A stretch of DNA of 64,000 nucleotides from an uncultured Chloroflexia bacterium (GTDB lineage: Bacteria > Chloroflexota > Anaerolineae > Anaerolineales > Villigracilaceae), in assembly GCA_963847105.1 (NCBI GenBank), contig CAWJYP010000003.1, positions 558,409 to 622,408 on the forward strand, given 5' to 3'. This document shows, in pieces, positions 47,645-57,514 of this stretch (within the stretch, counting starts at the first letter, position 1; every line of letters starts with the position of its first letter). Made by a program: the position numbers and the translations under genes. The notes under the pieces were generated by a model, which saw only the letters and a list, made by a program, of their open reading frames with translations, was not told the origin of the DNA and did no database searches.

Positions 47645-48721
47645 ATGACAAAAAAGAAAAAAAGCTTCCTCGGTCACGTGGTGGTCGGATTCTGGATCAT
47701 TAACATGGTGCTTTTACTGGTCGTGGTGGCCGGCTGGCTGTTTTCCTCGAACGCATCGGTGCACGCCTTCTTCATCAGCCCGACTCCGACCGCTTCGGCC
47801 ACGCTGACCAGCACACCCAGCCAGACGCCGAGCATCACCCCATCACCCACAAGTACCCCCTCGCCGACGGCCACCTTCACCCCGACCTTAATCCCAACCG
47901 ACACGCCAACCAATACGCCAACCAACACTCCGACACCGCTAGTGGTGGCCGTCATAGGCGATTACGGCATGAACAATTCTGCCGAAGCCGATGTGGCCGC
48001 GCTTATCCACGGCTGGCAGCCGGACATAGTCATCACGGTGGGGGACAACAACTATGCCTCCGGTTCGGCGGACACCATCGACGCCAATATCGGCAAGTAT
48101 TTCCATGATTATATTTTTCCCTATACCGGCAGCTACGGTCCAGGCTCGGACGTAAACCGATTTTTTCCAATCCTGGGCAACCACGACTGGAACACCGCCG
48201 ACGCGCAGCCATATCTGGATTATTTCACCCTGCCCGGCAACGAGCGCTACTATGACTTTACCTGGGGACCAGTTCACTTCTTTGCGCTCGACAGCTGTTT
48301 GCGCGAACCGGACGGGGTGAATGCCAACTCGGTGCAAGCAGCCTGGCTACAGCAGGGACTGGCAGCTTCCACTTCCCCCTGGAATGTTGTTTATTCCCAT
48401 TATCCATCGTACTCGTCCGGTTACCACGGTTCCACCAGTTGGATTCAGTGGCCGTTTGCCGCCTGGGGCGCGGATGCGGTGCTGCAGGGTCACGACCACA
48501 ACTACGAGCGTTTGCTGGTGGACGGCATCCCGTACTTCACGAACGGAGTGGGCGGTCAAACGCGCTACTACTTCAATCCCGTCCTCCTGCGTCAAAGCCA
48601 GTTCTTCTACAACGACAATTTCGGCGCGATGCGGGTAACCGCCACCGAGACGATGATGCTGTTCGAGTTTTTTAACCGGGTAGGGGAGTTGATCAATTCG
48701 TACCAGGTGACGAAGCCGTAG
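47645..48721 (+). CDS. Membrane-anchored calcineurin-like metallophosphoesterase
   Basis: It has a TM anchor and a Thr/Pro/Ser linker. Metallophosphoesterase motifs follow: VIGDYG, GDNNY, GNHDW, GHDHNYER. Confidence 0.8.
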   Translation: MTKKKKSFLGHVVVGFWIINMVLLLVVVAGWLFSSNASVHAFFISPTPTASATLTSTPSQTPSITPSPTSTPSPTATFTPTLIPTDTPTNTPTNTPTPLVVAVIGDYGMNNSAEADVAALIHGWQPDIVITVGDNNYASGSADTIDANIGKYFHDYIFPYTGSYGPGSDVNRFFPILGNHDWNTADAQPYLDYFTLPGNERYYDFTWGPVHFFALDSCLREPDGVNANSVQAAWLQQGLAASTSPWNVVYSHYPSYSSGYHGSTSWIQWPFAAWGADAVLQGHDHNYERLLVDGIPYFTNGVGGQTRYYFNPVLLRQSQFFYNDNFGAMRVTATETMMLFEFFNRVGELINSYQVTKP

Positions 48722-48906
48722 CGAAAGGTTTTCGTTAACGATTAGGCTTCTAGCAAGTGACCAGCCATTTGGCTTCTCCTCTTTGGTTTCAGTAACCTGA
48801 GGTTATGCCTTGTGGCTGATTAATTTTACCCACTCATGTAAGGTAGAGAAATTTCTTAAGAAGTAATTCTTGTATCATCTTTTTTCCCCAGGCGAAAGAA
48901 AAATTG

Positions 48907-51827
48907 TTAGTATTTATTCTCCATCTGCGGGGGGAATAATTCTTGCATTTCTTCATTACTCAAACCAAAGAAAGACTGTAAGTGTTTTTTCTCTATCTCT
49001 GGCTTTTCTATAATACTTTGCCGCACCCATCCTACATGTAGTTCCCAGGGACCCCAATTATGGGGCCATCGCGCAACATTCCTTGGCATTTCAGATTTAA
49101 TTTCTGCGATCATAGAATCGTAAATGGGTAGTAAGCGCGTTGGATTAAAATAAGTACTTGTGTACAAAGCGTAACGCCTAATAAATTCTCTTTTAAATTG
49201 ATCATTCCTCAATAAATTCACCTGCAGCGTTGTATCGATCCAGCGGCCAGCACCCATGCCATCCGGATTAAAAATTTGCTCGGAGAGATTATTCCATGTA
49301 TACGTCCCATGAAATAGCGCCCAGTCCATATCGTAAAGAACCCAGCGCCACTTACCGCCATTCTGATCGCGCCAAATCTGGATATTCCCTAAATCCGTAT
49401 TTCCAAAATAACTTTCAATAATTAACCAATCAAGATAATTATCCACATCAATTTGAGAGGTCACATACTCATAATATTCCTGGTTTTGCATATCATGAGT
49501 TGCAACATATTCAACCAAGGCTTTATAAGCATCTTCACTGCCAGCCATTGCAGTGCCATTCCAAACAAGGACATCCACTTGATCCGGATCCACACCATAA
49601 TGACTTGCTAAATAATCTTCATTCACTTTTTCGCGAATGTTATAAAGCCCCCAATATTCCCCGTTGATATACACCACGCAAGGTCTTGAATCCATGACAT
49701 CAATATCAAGCACATCACTGACAACTCTATGAATAAATGCATCTTTGATCTTGGTCATATTTTGATCTTGCCCGGAGGTGCGTAGCAAGAAATGCTTGAA
49801 AGAAGTCACTTCATTTCCATCAAAAAGAGGATAATTGATTTCCTCGAGTGCCATACTCATTTCTCAAGCGAATTGCAAATGATTTTTGCGGCATCGCCTG
49901 ACTAAAGTTCCCCGCAATTTCAATTCCGGCATCAAAAGACAATGCCAGCCCATCGGTTTCATAAAACTCAATATGCACAGGTCGCTCGATATCATTAAAC
50001 GGATATGCATAAATACCCGCGCCTCCAAACAAATTCTCAGACTCCGTTGATAAAGCAATAATAGGCAGATCATGCTCCACACCGACAATGTACGTTTGGG
50101 TTGTCACGATCGAAGGTAGTTGTCCATCGGCTATTGCGATAGCTCGAACTGTCCTGGATGAATCTAACACAATTGGACTTCCATAAAAAATATCTGATGA
50201 TGTAGGTAATGACCCATCCAACGTAAAAAAAATCGCCGCCCCTTCTTCTGCAGTAAGCGTCAACGACTGCTCACTTGAAATTTCGCCACCATTAAGCGAG
50301 AATTTAACAGGGGCCGAATATCGATTTACAGCAATTGTAGAATTGATTTCCCCTGGTGTTGGTCTGTCAAAATAAACTCTTTCTCCATTTTCATTCAAAC
50401 CACTTGATGCGTTCTTTTCAAGGAGGCCTGTTTCATAAATCTGCGGCTCATCACAATCAACATCGCAAAGATACAGCGTCTCTCCAGAAGCACTGATAGA
50501 AAATGGCACGTAATTCCTTGTGCCATTTCCATCAACTTCTGCATCCACATAAAAAACAGCGAAACCGTTCGCAGGAAGAACATAATCCGAAAAAACAAAT
50601 CTTGTTTGCTGGTCCGAGCCCTTGCTGAGGGAATATCCTTGTAGATTAATGTCTTGGTCTGTATTATTCTTCAGCTCAATCCAATCATAAAAGTTACCAT
50701 TGGCATCAGTTAAAAATGAATTCATTCTTCGTCATCACCTCATTGATAAGAACATCCCATATCTTGCTTGAAGGTTTCAACTCGTCCGTAAAGCCATGTG
50801 TGCTGTTTTCTTCTCCTGGCGTAGGCTCAGAAAAATAAACCCATTCACCACTCTTAACTCCTCTTGAAATATCTTCTGACAAAGGATCGATCGTTAGTTC
50901 AACCAGTACTTCTCTATATTGATTGGAAATCACCAACGTCTCATAATCAGATAAACGGAAATTTGTATGCACATTTATTGTAACTTTGTCTTTTCCAGAA
51001 GCATAAATAACTAAATAAGATCTTGGCTCAATGACTATATTGGGAAACGCCCATTTTCGCAGATTCGTTTTATTGTCTGTAAAATATAGATGGTCAAGCG
51101 AAAATGGCTCATCGCTATCATTATAAAGTTCAACCCAATCAACAAAATCGCCATCCTCATCATAGAGCACAGATCGATTATCGGTCATATATTCAGTAAT
51201 CATTAAAGGAGAATCAGTAATACCGTTAAAATCCGCTGTCTCCTGTCCGTCCGTGCCATTTTTTTCATTGGGTGTTGGATGATTAAAATAAAGCCATTTA
51301 CCTTCTTCGTTCATCCCATAAGATATATCTGTATTCAACGGTGGAATTTCAATGGAAGACATCAACGTACCGAGAGCAGATGTAAAATATAGTGTTTCGC
51401 CAAGTTCGGCATTTAATTTAAAATTTGAATGCAAATTCCCAGAGTCGTCCAATGTGTCCAGGCCCGATGCATAAACAATCTTATATTGATTCGGACCGAT
51501 CTCAAAATCTGGAAATTTCCACATCAAAGGATCATCAATATTTGTAGATAGCCCCGCACTTTTAAGGTTAATGACCTCATCACCCGAATTATAGAATTCT
51601 ATCCAATCTGAACTTAAACCAAACCCATCCAATATGGTCAACGAATTGGATGACATCACTTCAGTAATAATAATCTTTGACTGTCTCTGGAAAATTACAT
51701 TTTGGTTTTCTATTTCCAATTGCTTCAGTTCTAATTCAACTGCAATTCTCTTTTCAACGGCAACCATTGCAAACACGAATCCGGCAATTAATCCGAATCC
51801 AATCAGTACAATTAAGAATCCTGGCAA
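48907..51827 (-). pseudogene. Large CotH kinase family protein with N-terminal TM anchor and lamin-tail-like domains, carrying two frameshifts (about 50720 and about 49849)
   Basis: ORFs 50706..51827, 49820..50725 and 48907..49860 overlap end to end. The joins read ...VLINEVMTKNE|SFLTDANGNFYDWIELKN... and ...KSFAIRLRNEYG|LEEINYPLFDGNEVTSFKHFLLRTSGQD... The LTD-like motifs (INEVM..N...DWIELYN) recur three times. The C-terminal part has YINGEYWGLYNIREK. Confidence 0.75.
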
Positions 51828-51857
51828 AAAGAGAAACTGGTTTATCCATGATTATTT

Positions 51858-52526
51858 CTAGACAGCAAAATCACCATCATAACCAAGCAGCGCAACGGAA
51901 TTCACATTAGTAATTCCCCCAATTTTATTTACGAGACTGGCTGTCTTTTTTCTTTCTCTGATCTCAACAGTCAATTCATAATTTTCACCATTAAAAACTT
52001 TTGATTTCAATCGATATCTATTTGCTTCTCTCTCAATGAGCTTGAATACCAGATCATTCGTTTCTTCTGTCTTATAGGAGATCACCAACAAATATGGCGT
52101 TTTCACATCTGATATTTTGGAAAATACAAACAAAATGATTCCAATTAATACAGAAGATATCAACGCTAACATCCAAAGCCCCGCGCCACTTATGATACCC
52201 ATGCCAATTGCCCAAAATAAATAAGCGATATCAATCGGATCTTTGATAGCAGTACGGAATCGAACAATGGATAAGGCGCCCACCATACCCAGGGATAAAA
52301 TGATATTACTCGAGATAGCCAGGATGATGGATGAAGTAATCATAGACATGGCAATCAATGTCACATTAAATGTCTTTGAATACATCACGCCTTTATAACT
52401 TACTCGATAGATAAAAAAGACGAACAAGCCTAACACAAATGAAAAAAGCAGCGTGTATGCAATTGACATCACGGATAGTTCAGCCGTAAAAAAATCTGTG
52501 TTCTTGATAAAATCTTCCCAGGTCAT
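51858..52526 (-). CDS. DUF4956 family membrane protein
   Basis: 222 aa. The sequence LSLGMVGALSIVRFRTAIKDPIDIAYLFWAIGMGIISGAG matches my recollection of DUF4956. It sits 30 nt upstream of the CotH gene and 16 nt downstream of the VTC gene. Confidence 0.75.
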   Translation of the reverse strand: MTWEDFIKNTDFFTAELSVMSIAYTLLFSFVLGLFVFFIYRVSYKGVMYSKTFNVTLIAMSMITSSIILAISSNIILSLGMVGALSIVRFRTAIKDPIDIAYLFWAIGMGIISGAGLWMLALISSVLIGIILFVFSKISDVKTPYLLVISYKTEETNDLVFKLIEREANRYRLKSKVFNGENYELTVEIRERKKTASLVNKIGGITNVNSVALLGYDGDFAV

Positions 52527-52542
52527 TTGTTCTCCTTTTTAT

Positions 52543-53217
52543 CTACATGCCAACAACATAGCACTTAGCGTATTTTGAAATGGATTGCCGCTGAAGGTTA
52601 TTTATTTGGATCATATTTCGGATCACATCAGGGAAATATCCTGTATATTTCACTTCAAGAATAATTTGATCATGTGGAATTGCTGAGATCATATACCCAT
52701 TGGAGAACAAATCTTTTTGGAAAACTCCTGCCTTAAGTAAAGAATCAAATGTAATTCGAACATCTCCATATTTATAGATGAGCGCTTCACGACGATATTC
52801 TACAACTACCCTTGGGCGTAAGCTCCTGGTTTGATAATTAAGATAAAAGTCTTTAGCAACAACATTATCCTTCTGCCGCAAAATACTTACGTCACCACTA
52901 ATAAGAGTGTCGTATTCTTCCTTTGAGATTCGAATATGTGATTTTTCAGTAACAATCTCTCTTTTGATTTTTCTTTCCAGTTTGATGGCATTAGGTTGAT
53001 GATTGTAAACACAAATCCTGAATTTCTTTCGTTCTCTTACCCCATTCACCTTATCAAAGAATGCACATTGATTGTAGTCATCAAAATATAAACTTGTGAC
53101 CAAATATCCCCCATCTGCATTACTAAAAGAATCCCGCTGACATATATTACTCAATTTATTTGCCATCACATTTTTTTGATGGGCATTGATAAAAAACTTT
53201 AATTCGTTTCTATACAT
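52543..53217 (-). CDS. VTC domain (polyphosphate polymerase-like, triphosphate tunnel) protein
   Basis: 224 aa. Sequence: MYRNELKFFI...YLVTSLYFDD...RKKFRICVY...IKLERKIK...EVKY, an alternating basic/hydrophobic beta-strand pattern typical of bacterial VTC-domain proteins. Confidence 0.7.
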   Translation of the reverse strand: MYRNELKFFINAHQKNVMANKLSNICQRDSFSNADGGYLVTSLYFDDYNQCAFFDKVNGVRERKKFRICVYNHQPNAIKLERKIKREIVTEKSHIRISKEEYDTLISGDVSILRQKDNVVAKDFYLNYQTRSLRPRVVVEYRREALIYKYGDVRITFDSLLKAGVFQKDLFSNGYMISAIPHDQIILEVKYTGYFPDVIRNMIQINNLQRQSISKYAKCYVVGM

Positions 53218-53450
53218 AATTGAAATGCTTTTTCTTTATACCCAGCGGAACTGAGAGTTTCGGCAGGTTTGGAAGAGTGCCTGGCAGGGAATGCCGTCGG
53301 GATTCGGCAGGCCAATGAACTGCGTAGCCCGTGGTATTATACATCAAGCGCCACTGGCGAACCAAGCCGTAGGGCGCTTTATTTGAAGTTTATGATCAGG
53401 TGACTCCAACAAACGGTCAATGGGTCTGTATGAAATAGAGCAGGAGAAAA

Positions 53451-55271
53451 ATGGTAAACAAACGGATTTCCCCATTCTTTCACGTTATTATTTTTTGTTT
53501 ACTCGCATCGAATTTGATGATGGCTGGCTGTACGCCAGGTCAGCCATTCAGCCCCACAATACCGCCCAGGCAGACCCCTTCGAACACACCTGCTTTCCCC
53601 GCTATATTCACACCGACCTCATCACCAACTTTCTCTTTGCCAATTGGATTGGATACACCTATCCCTTCATTTGAGCCTATCCGTGAGGAAAATATCAACC
53701 AGATTCAATTGATTGCAAGCATCCCTGAAAATCCAGAGAGGATCTATAGAATATCTTCCGATAACAGGTTGCTATTTCGTGTCGATACCCATGGAATTGA
53801 CGTTTTTAACATAAGCACAAAAGCGCTTGAAACGCATTTACCTTTTGGCGTTACTTTTAATGTTTTTTCCTATGAAGTAGAACCCTCCGGTATCAATGAA
53901 AGCCATTTTTCAATTTCTGCGAGCGGAAATGTTCTTGCAATAATCGATTTTGAAGGAGTGAAGGTTATCTCCCTGGAAGGAAAGGTGCTCTTTTCATCTG
54001 CCCTCGAAATGCCCATCTCCCCTGATAGTTCTCCACGAGAAGTTACGATTGGGTACAGTCTGGCACTATCGCCGAATGGAGAATATTTAGCTTTTCATAG
54101 TTCTGCCAATGGTATTGCCGTGGTACAACTGTCTGACGGGAAAACGATCGATACACCGAATCTGATTGGAAATTATCCGCGTTTTTCTCCAAGTGGGAAA
54201 ACCCTTGTGACCATGACCAACAACCACCTTGAGTTTTGGAATACGACCGATTGGACAAAAATCCAGGATATTTATTACAAAGGATATTGGCCTCTCTTTA
54301 CTTTCGTCAGCGACTCCACCATTCTCCTTCATAATTGGAGCAATACTTTAGAATTATGGGACATTATTCATCACAAGAAAATCCGCACGATCAACCTGGA
54401 AGGTGATCCCCAAAAGTCCATCATCCTTGCACAGCCTCTCATATCACCCAATGGCGAGTTCCTCGCAGTGTTGAAAAGAGACACAGAGGCACCTTGCTTC
54501 GAATTAAGTCCGATAACAGTAACAGTATTCAACTTGAATGGAGAAAAACTGTCCGAGCAGACTACTCCTTTTACATCCAGAAATTGCAAGGCATATTTTC
54601 TTGGTCTGGCCTACATATCGTCGCCAATATACCTGATGGACAGCGGAGAAGCCATTACTGTATTGCCCCCCTCCAATGATAACCAATGGAGAACTATTGT
54701 ACAGGAGGTGGATATACCCTATGCCCCAAAAATATTGCCGCCAAAGGCTGAGTCTTATCTCCAGCGGAACTGGATGGATTTTGATTATGGCTTTGAACTT
54801 TCGCCCGATGGCAGGTATGTTGCCTTTTCATTGCAAAAAGGTACGGGCAGTTCGATAGTGCTATATGATATTTCAGCAGACGAGCAGCTTTATTGGGGGA
54901 GCGCATCCTTTACATCTGGAAGCTTCTCTCCGGATAGTACCTTATTTATTATGAATCTCTGGAATACGATAAAAATGATAGATTTGTCTTCTACCGGAAA
55001 TTTGCAATCCGTGACTGTCTACGAAGATCAGTGGTTGGTACCCTATGCCCCCATGGCTATTTCGCCCGACCTTAAGATGTTGGCAGCAGTTATCGCGAAG
55101 GACGCCATGGGCGAAACGGTGGGTTTCATTAAAATAAGCGATGGTACCCTGATGTATCAATGGCCAGCAGGAAATGACGAAATGTATCACATCAGGTTCT
55201 CCGAAGACGGAAAATATCTTCTGGTATCAACTTATGGTGGATGGATTGATATTTTTGGTATCTATCCTTAA
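53451..55271 (+). CDS. Lipoprotein with beta-propeller (WD40/TolB-like) repeats
   Basis: AGGAG lies upstream. Lipoprotein signal: FFHVIIFCLLASNLMMAGC. Recurrent units include SPNGEYLAF, SPSGKTLVT, SPNGEFLAV, SPDGRYVAF, SPDSTLFIM, SPDLKMLAA and SEDGKYLLV. Confidence 0.7.
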   Translation: MVNKRISPFFHVIIFCLLASNLMMAGCTPGQPFSPTIPPRQTPSNTPAFPAIFTPTSSPTFSLPIGLDTPIPSFEPIREENINQIQLIASIPENPERIYRISSDNRLLFRVDTHGIDVFNISTKALETHLPFGVTFNVFSYEVEPSGINESHFSISASGNVLAIIDFEGVKVISLEGKVLFSSALEMPISPDSSPREVTIGYSLALSPNGEYLAFHSSANGIAVVQLSDGKTIDTPNLIGNYPRFSPSGKTLVTMTNNHLEFWNTTDWTKIQDIYYKGYWPLFTFVSDSTILLHNWSNTLELWDIIHHKKIRTINLEGDPQKSIILAQPLISPNGEFLAVLKRDTEAPCFELSPITVTVFNLNGEKLSEQTTPFTSRNCKAYFLGLAYISSPIYLMDSGEAITVLPPSNDNQWRTIVQEVDIPYAPKILPPKAESYLQRNWMDFDYGFELSPDGRYVAFSLQKGTGSSIVLYDISADEQLYWGSASFTSGSFSPDSTLFIMNLWNTIKMIDLSSTGNLQSVTVYEDQWLVPYAPMAISPDLKMLAAVIAKDAMGETVGFIKISDGTLMYQWPAGNDEMYHIRFSEDGKYLLVSTYGGWIDIFGIYP

Positions 55272-55590
55272 CACGTCGCTTAGCACCTGGTGGGCGGTGT
55301 TCAGGTCGAAGACCTCGCCCGGGCACTTAATGTGGGCAATTGAATTAGCTGGGGATATTGAAAAGCCATCCGTGTTGAATGGATTGAGAACGGGAAGAAT
55401 CCCTTCGTAAAGGCGGTAGTTTCACCGTATCGGGGGCGAGTATAGACTCGCAATATTCATTTGATTGTTTAGGTCCTGGCCTTGCGTTTCAGGACGTGAA
55501 GCCCTGGGAAGCATCACACTGGATCAAATTACAGTAGCGCTAATACCCAACCCGTGCGATAATTCGTAAAATTCGAATACCGAGGTCCAC

Positions 55591-56475
55591 TTGAAGCTGT
55601 TTCTCCCCCTGTTCTTCCTGCTCGTTCTTGCCGCATGCACCGGACAACCCATGCCCACCTCCACACCCAATCCCACCTCCACTCCTACACCTGCCCCCGC
55701 CCTCGGTGCGGGATTCAGGTTCTCCACCTACGGCGTCCAGCATAACCCGGGTCCCGAATACTGGGTCTCGGTGGGTGAACGGATGGCGGCAAAGTTCCCG
55801 GATGCAGCGCCACAGGGTATCTATATCGTCGGCAACTTCACCGGCAGCGGCACCTTCCTGTCCTTCCCCGCCAGGACCGACGACCCGGATATCACCTTTA
55901 CTTACGCGGATATGAATGAGGCAGCGCTGACCCTGTTCGATGAGCGCGGGGTGAAGGTCTGGCTGCAAGTGGAACCGGGGAACGCCGACATGCTCACGCT
56001 CATCGATGCCGTCCTCGGGCAGTACGCCCACCATCCCTGTGTGCTGGGTTTTGGCGTGGACGTGGAATGGTACAAGTCCACCGGTGCCGCCGAGGGAACG
56101 CCGGTCACCGACGAGGAAGCGACGGCGTGGGTGCAGGCGGTACGCAGGCATAACCCCGATTACCTGCTCTTTCTCAAACACTGGGACGAGCGCTGGATGC
56201 CTCCCACTGCCCGCGAGGGCATCCTTTTCGTGGACGACAGCCAGATCTTCGACAATTTCGACCATCTGGTCACCGAATTCCGCGAATGGGGCAAGTACTT
56301 CGCCCCCGCCCCGGTGGCGTTCCAATACGGGTACCCCTCCGACAAGCCCTGGTGGAGCAAGCTGGAAGACCCTGCCAGGGAGATCGGTCGCCACATCCTG
56401 GAGGTCGCCCCCAACACCACCGCATTGTTCTGGGTGGATTTCACCGTGCTCGAGGTTTTTCCGCCAGCGCCTTAA
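55591..56475 (+). CDS. Hypothetical lipoprotein (possibly a TIM-barrel glycosidase-like fold)
   Basis: TTG start. Lipoprotein signal: MKLFLPLFFLLVLAAC. A Thr/Pro linker follows. 294 aa with balanced composition. The 284-aa antisense ORF is Arg/Gly/Val-rich and was rejected. Confidence 0.65.
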   Translation: MKLFLPLFFLLVLAACTGQPMPTSTPNPTSTPTPAPALGAGFRFSTYGVQHNPGPEYWVSVGERMAAKFPDAAPQGIYIVGNFTGSGTFLSFPARTDDPDITFTYADMNEAALTLFDERGVKVWLQVEPGNADMLTLIDAVLGQYAHHPCVLGFGVDVEWYKSTGAAEGTPVTDEEATAWVQAVRRHNPDYLLFLKHWDERWMPPTAREGILFVDDSQIFDNFDHLVTEFREWGKYFAPAPVAFQYGYPSDKPWWSKLEDPAREIGRHILEVAPNTTALFWVDFTVLEVFPPAP

Positions 56476-56665
56476 ACGGGAGCGATTGATGATACAACTC
56501 CCTCACATCCTGTGAGGTTGCCATACTTTGGTGGATGCAGCGAAGGGGTTGTCACTAATCGAAATCCACCCTGTCCACAGCCATTGAAATGGCGTGGCCT
56601 GCGCCGGGTTCCAATCGGTTATAAGCGCATCTTCCCTGACCGTGAAATCTTGCATAAACAAAAAA

Positions 56666-56688
56666 AGGAGAGGCAGTTAGCCTCTCCT
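56666..56688. terminator. Strong bidirectional rho-independent terminator in an otherwise gene-free gap
   Basis: A 9-bp stem (aggagaggc / gcctctcct) with a 5-nt loop, flanked by aaaaaaa upstream and tttt downstream. Confidence 0.65.
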
Positions 56689-56912
56689 TTTCGTGGAATG
56701 AAACAACCTGATCAGGCCACCCTAAGACGGGGGGCCAGAAAAGCGAACACACCTGGCAATCTGGCGAGATCATAGATGACCACAACCTTTGCCGCCAGAG
56801 ACGCGATCAGCTCTGGAATAGGTTAATAATCTGATAAATAGGTTAATATCATACAATACGCGGCGCGAAGCAAACGCTACAATCTTCTTATGAGTAGATC
56901 CACATGAAAAAT

Positions 56913-57434
<522 letters not shown>

Positions 57435-57514
57435 TCTCAAGCAAGAAATATGAAGGAGTGAACTCTGGGGGAGCTGCGGTTTGAACACGCGGCGTTAGGC
57501 CAGGAAAGAAACTC

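Noticed and set aside
53221-53450. A GC-richer divergent intergenic region with a repeated tcggcagg motif (about 53258 and about 53303), considered as a possible riboswitch or operator.
   Set aside because: I could not fold it into a known riboswitch consensus by eye, and two 8-mers could match by chance. It needs an Rfam scan before any claim.
55275-55410. A GC-rich minus-strand open stretch (…IAHIKCPGEVFDLNTAHQVLSDV…) at the right edge of the AT-rich block, considered as a possible integrase or transposase fragment.
   Set aside because: It is shorter than 60 codons, I could not place it in any family, and it partly overlaps the 3' end of the beta-propeller gene.
55540-56394. A 284-aa minus-strand ORF opposite the lipoprotein gene at 55591..56475.
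   Set aside because: The plus-strand product has a lipobox signal and balanced composition. The minus-strand product is Gly/Arg/Val-rich with no start context.
56600-56630. A GGGTTCCAATCGG stretch resembling a tRNA T-arm.
   Set aside because: Flanking sequence cannot be folded into acceptor, D and anticodon arms, and the T-stem itself does not pair.
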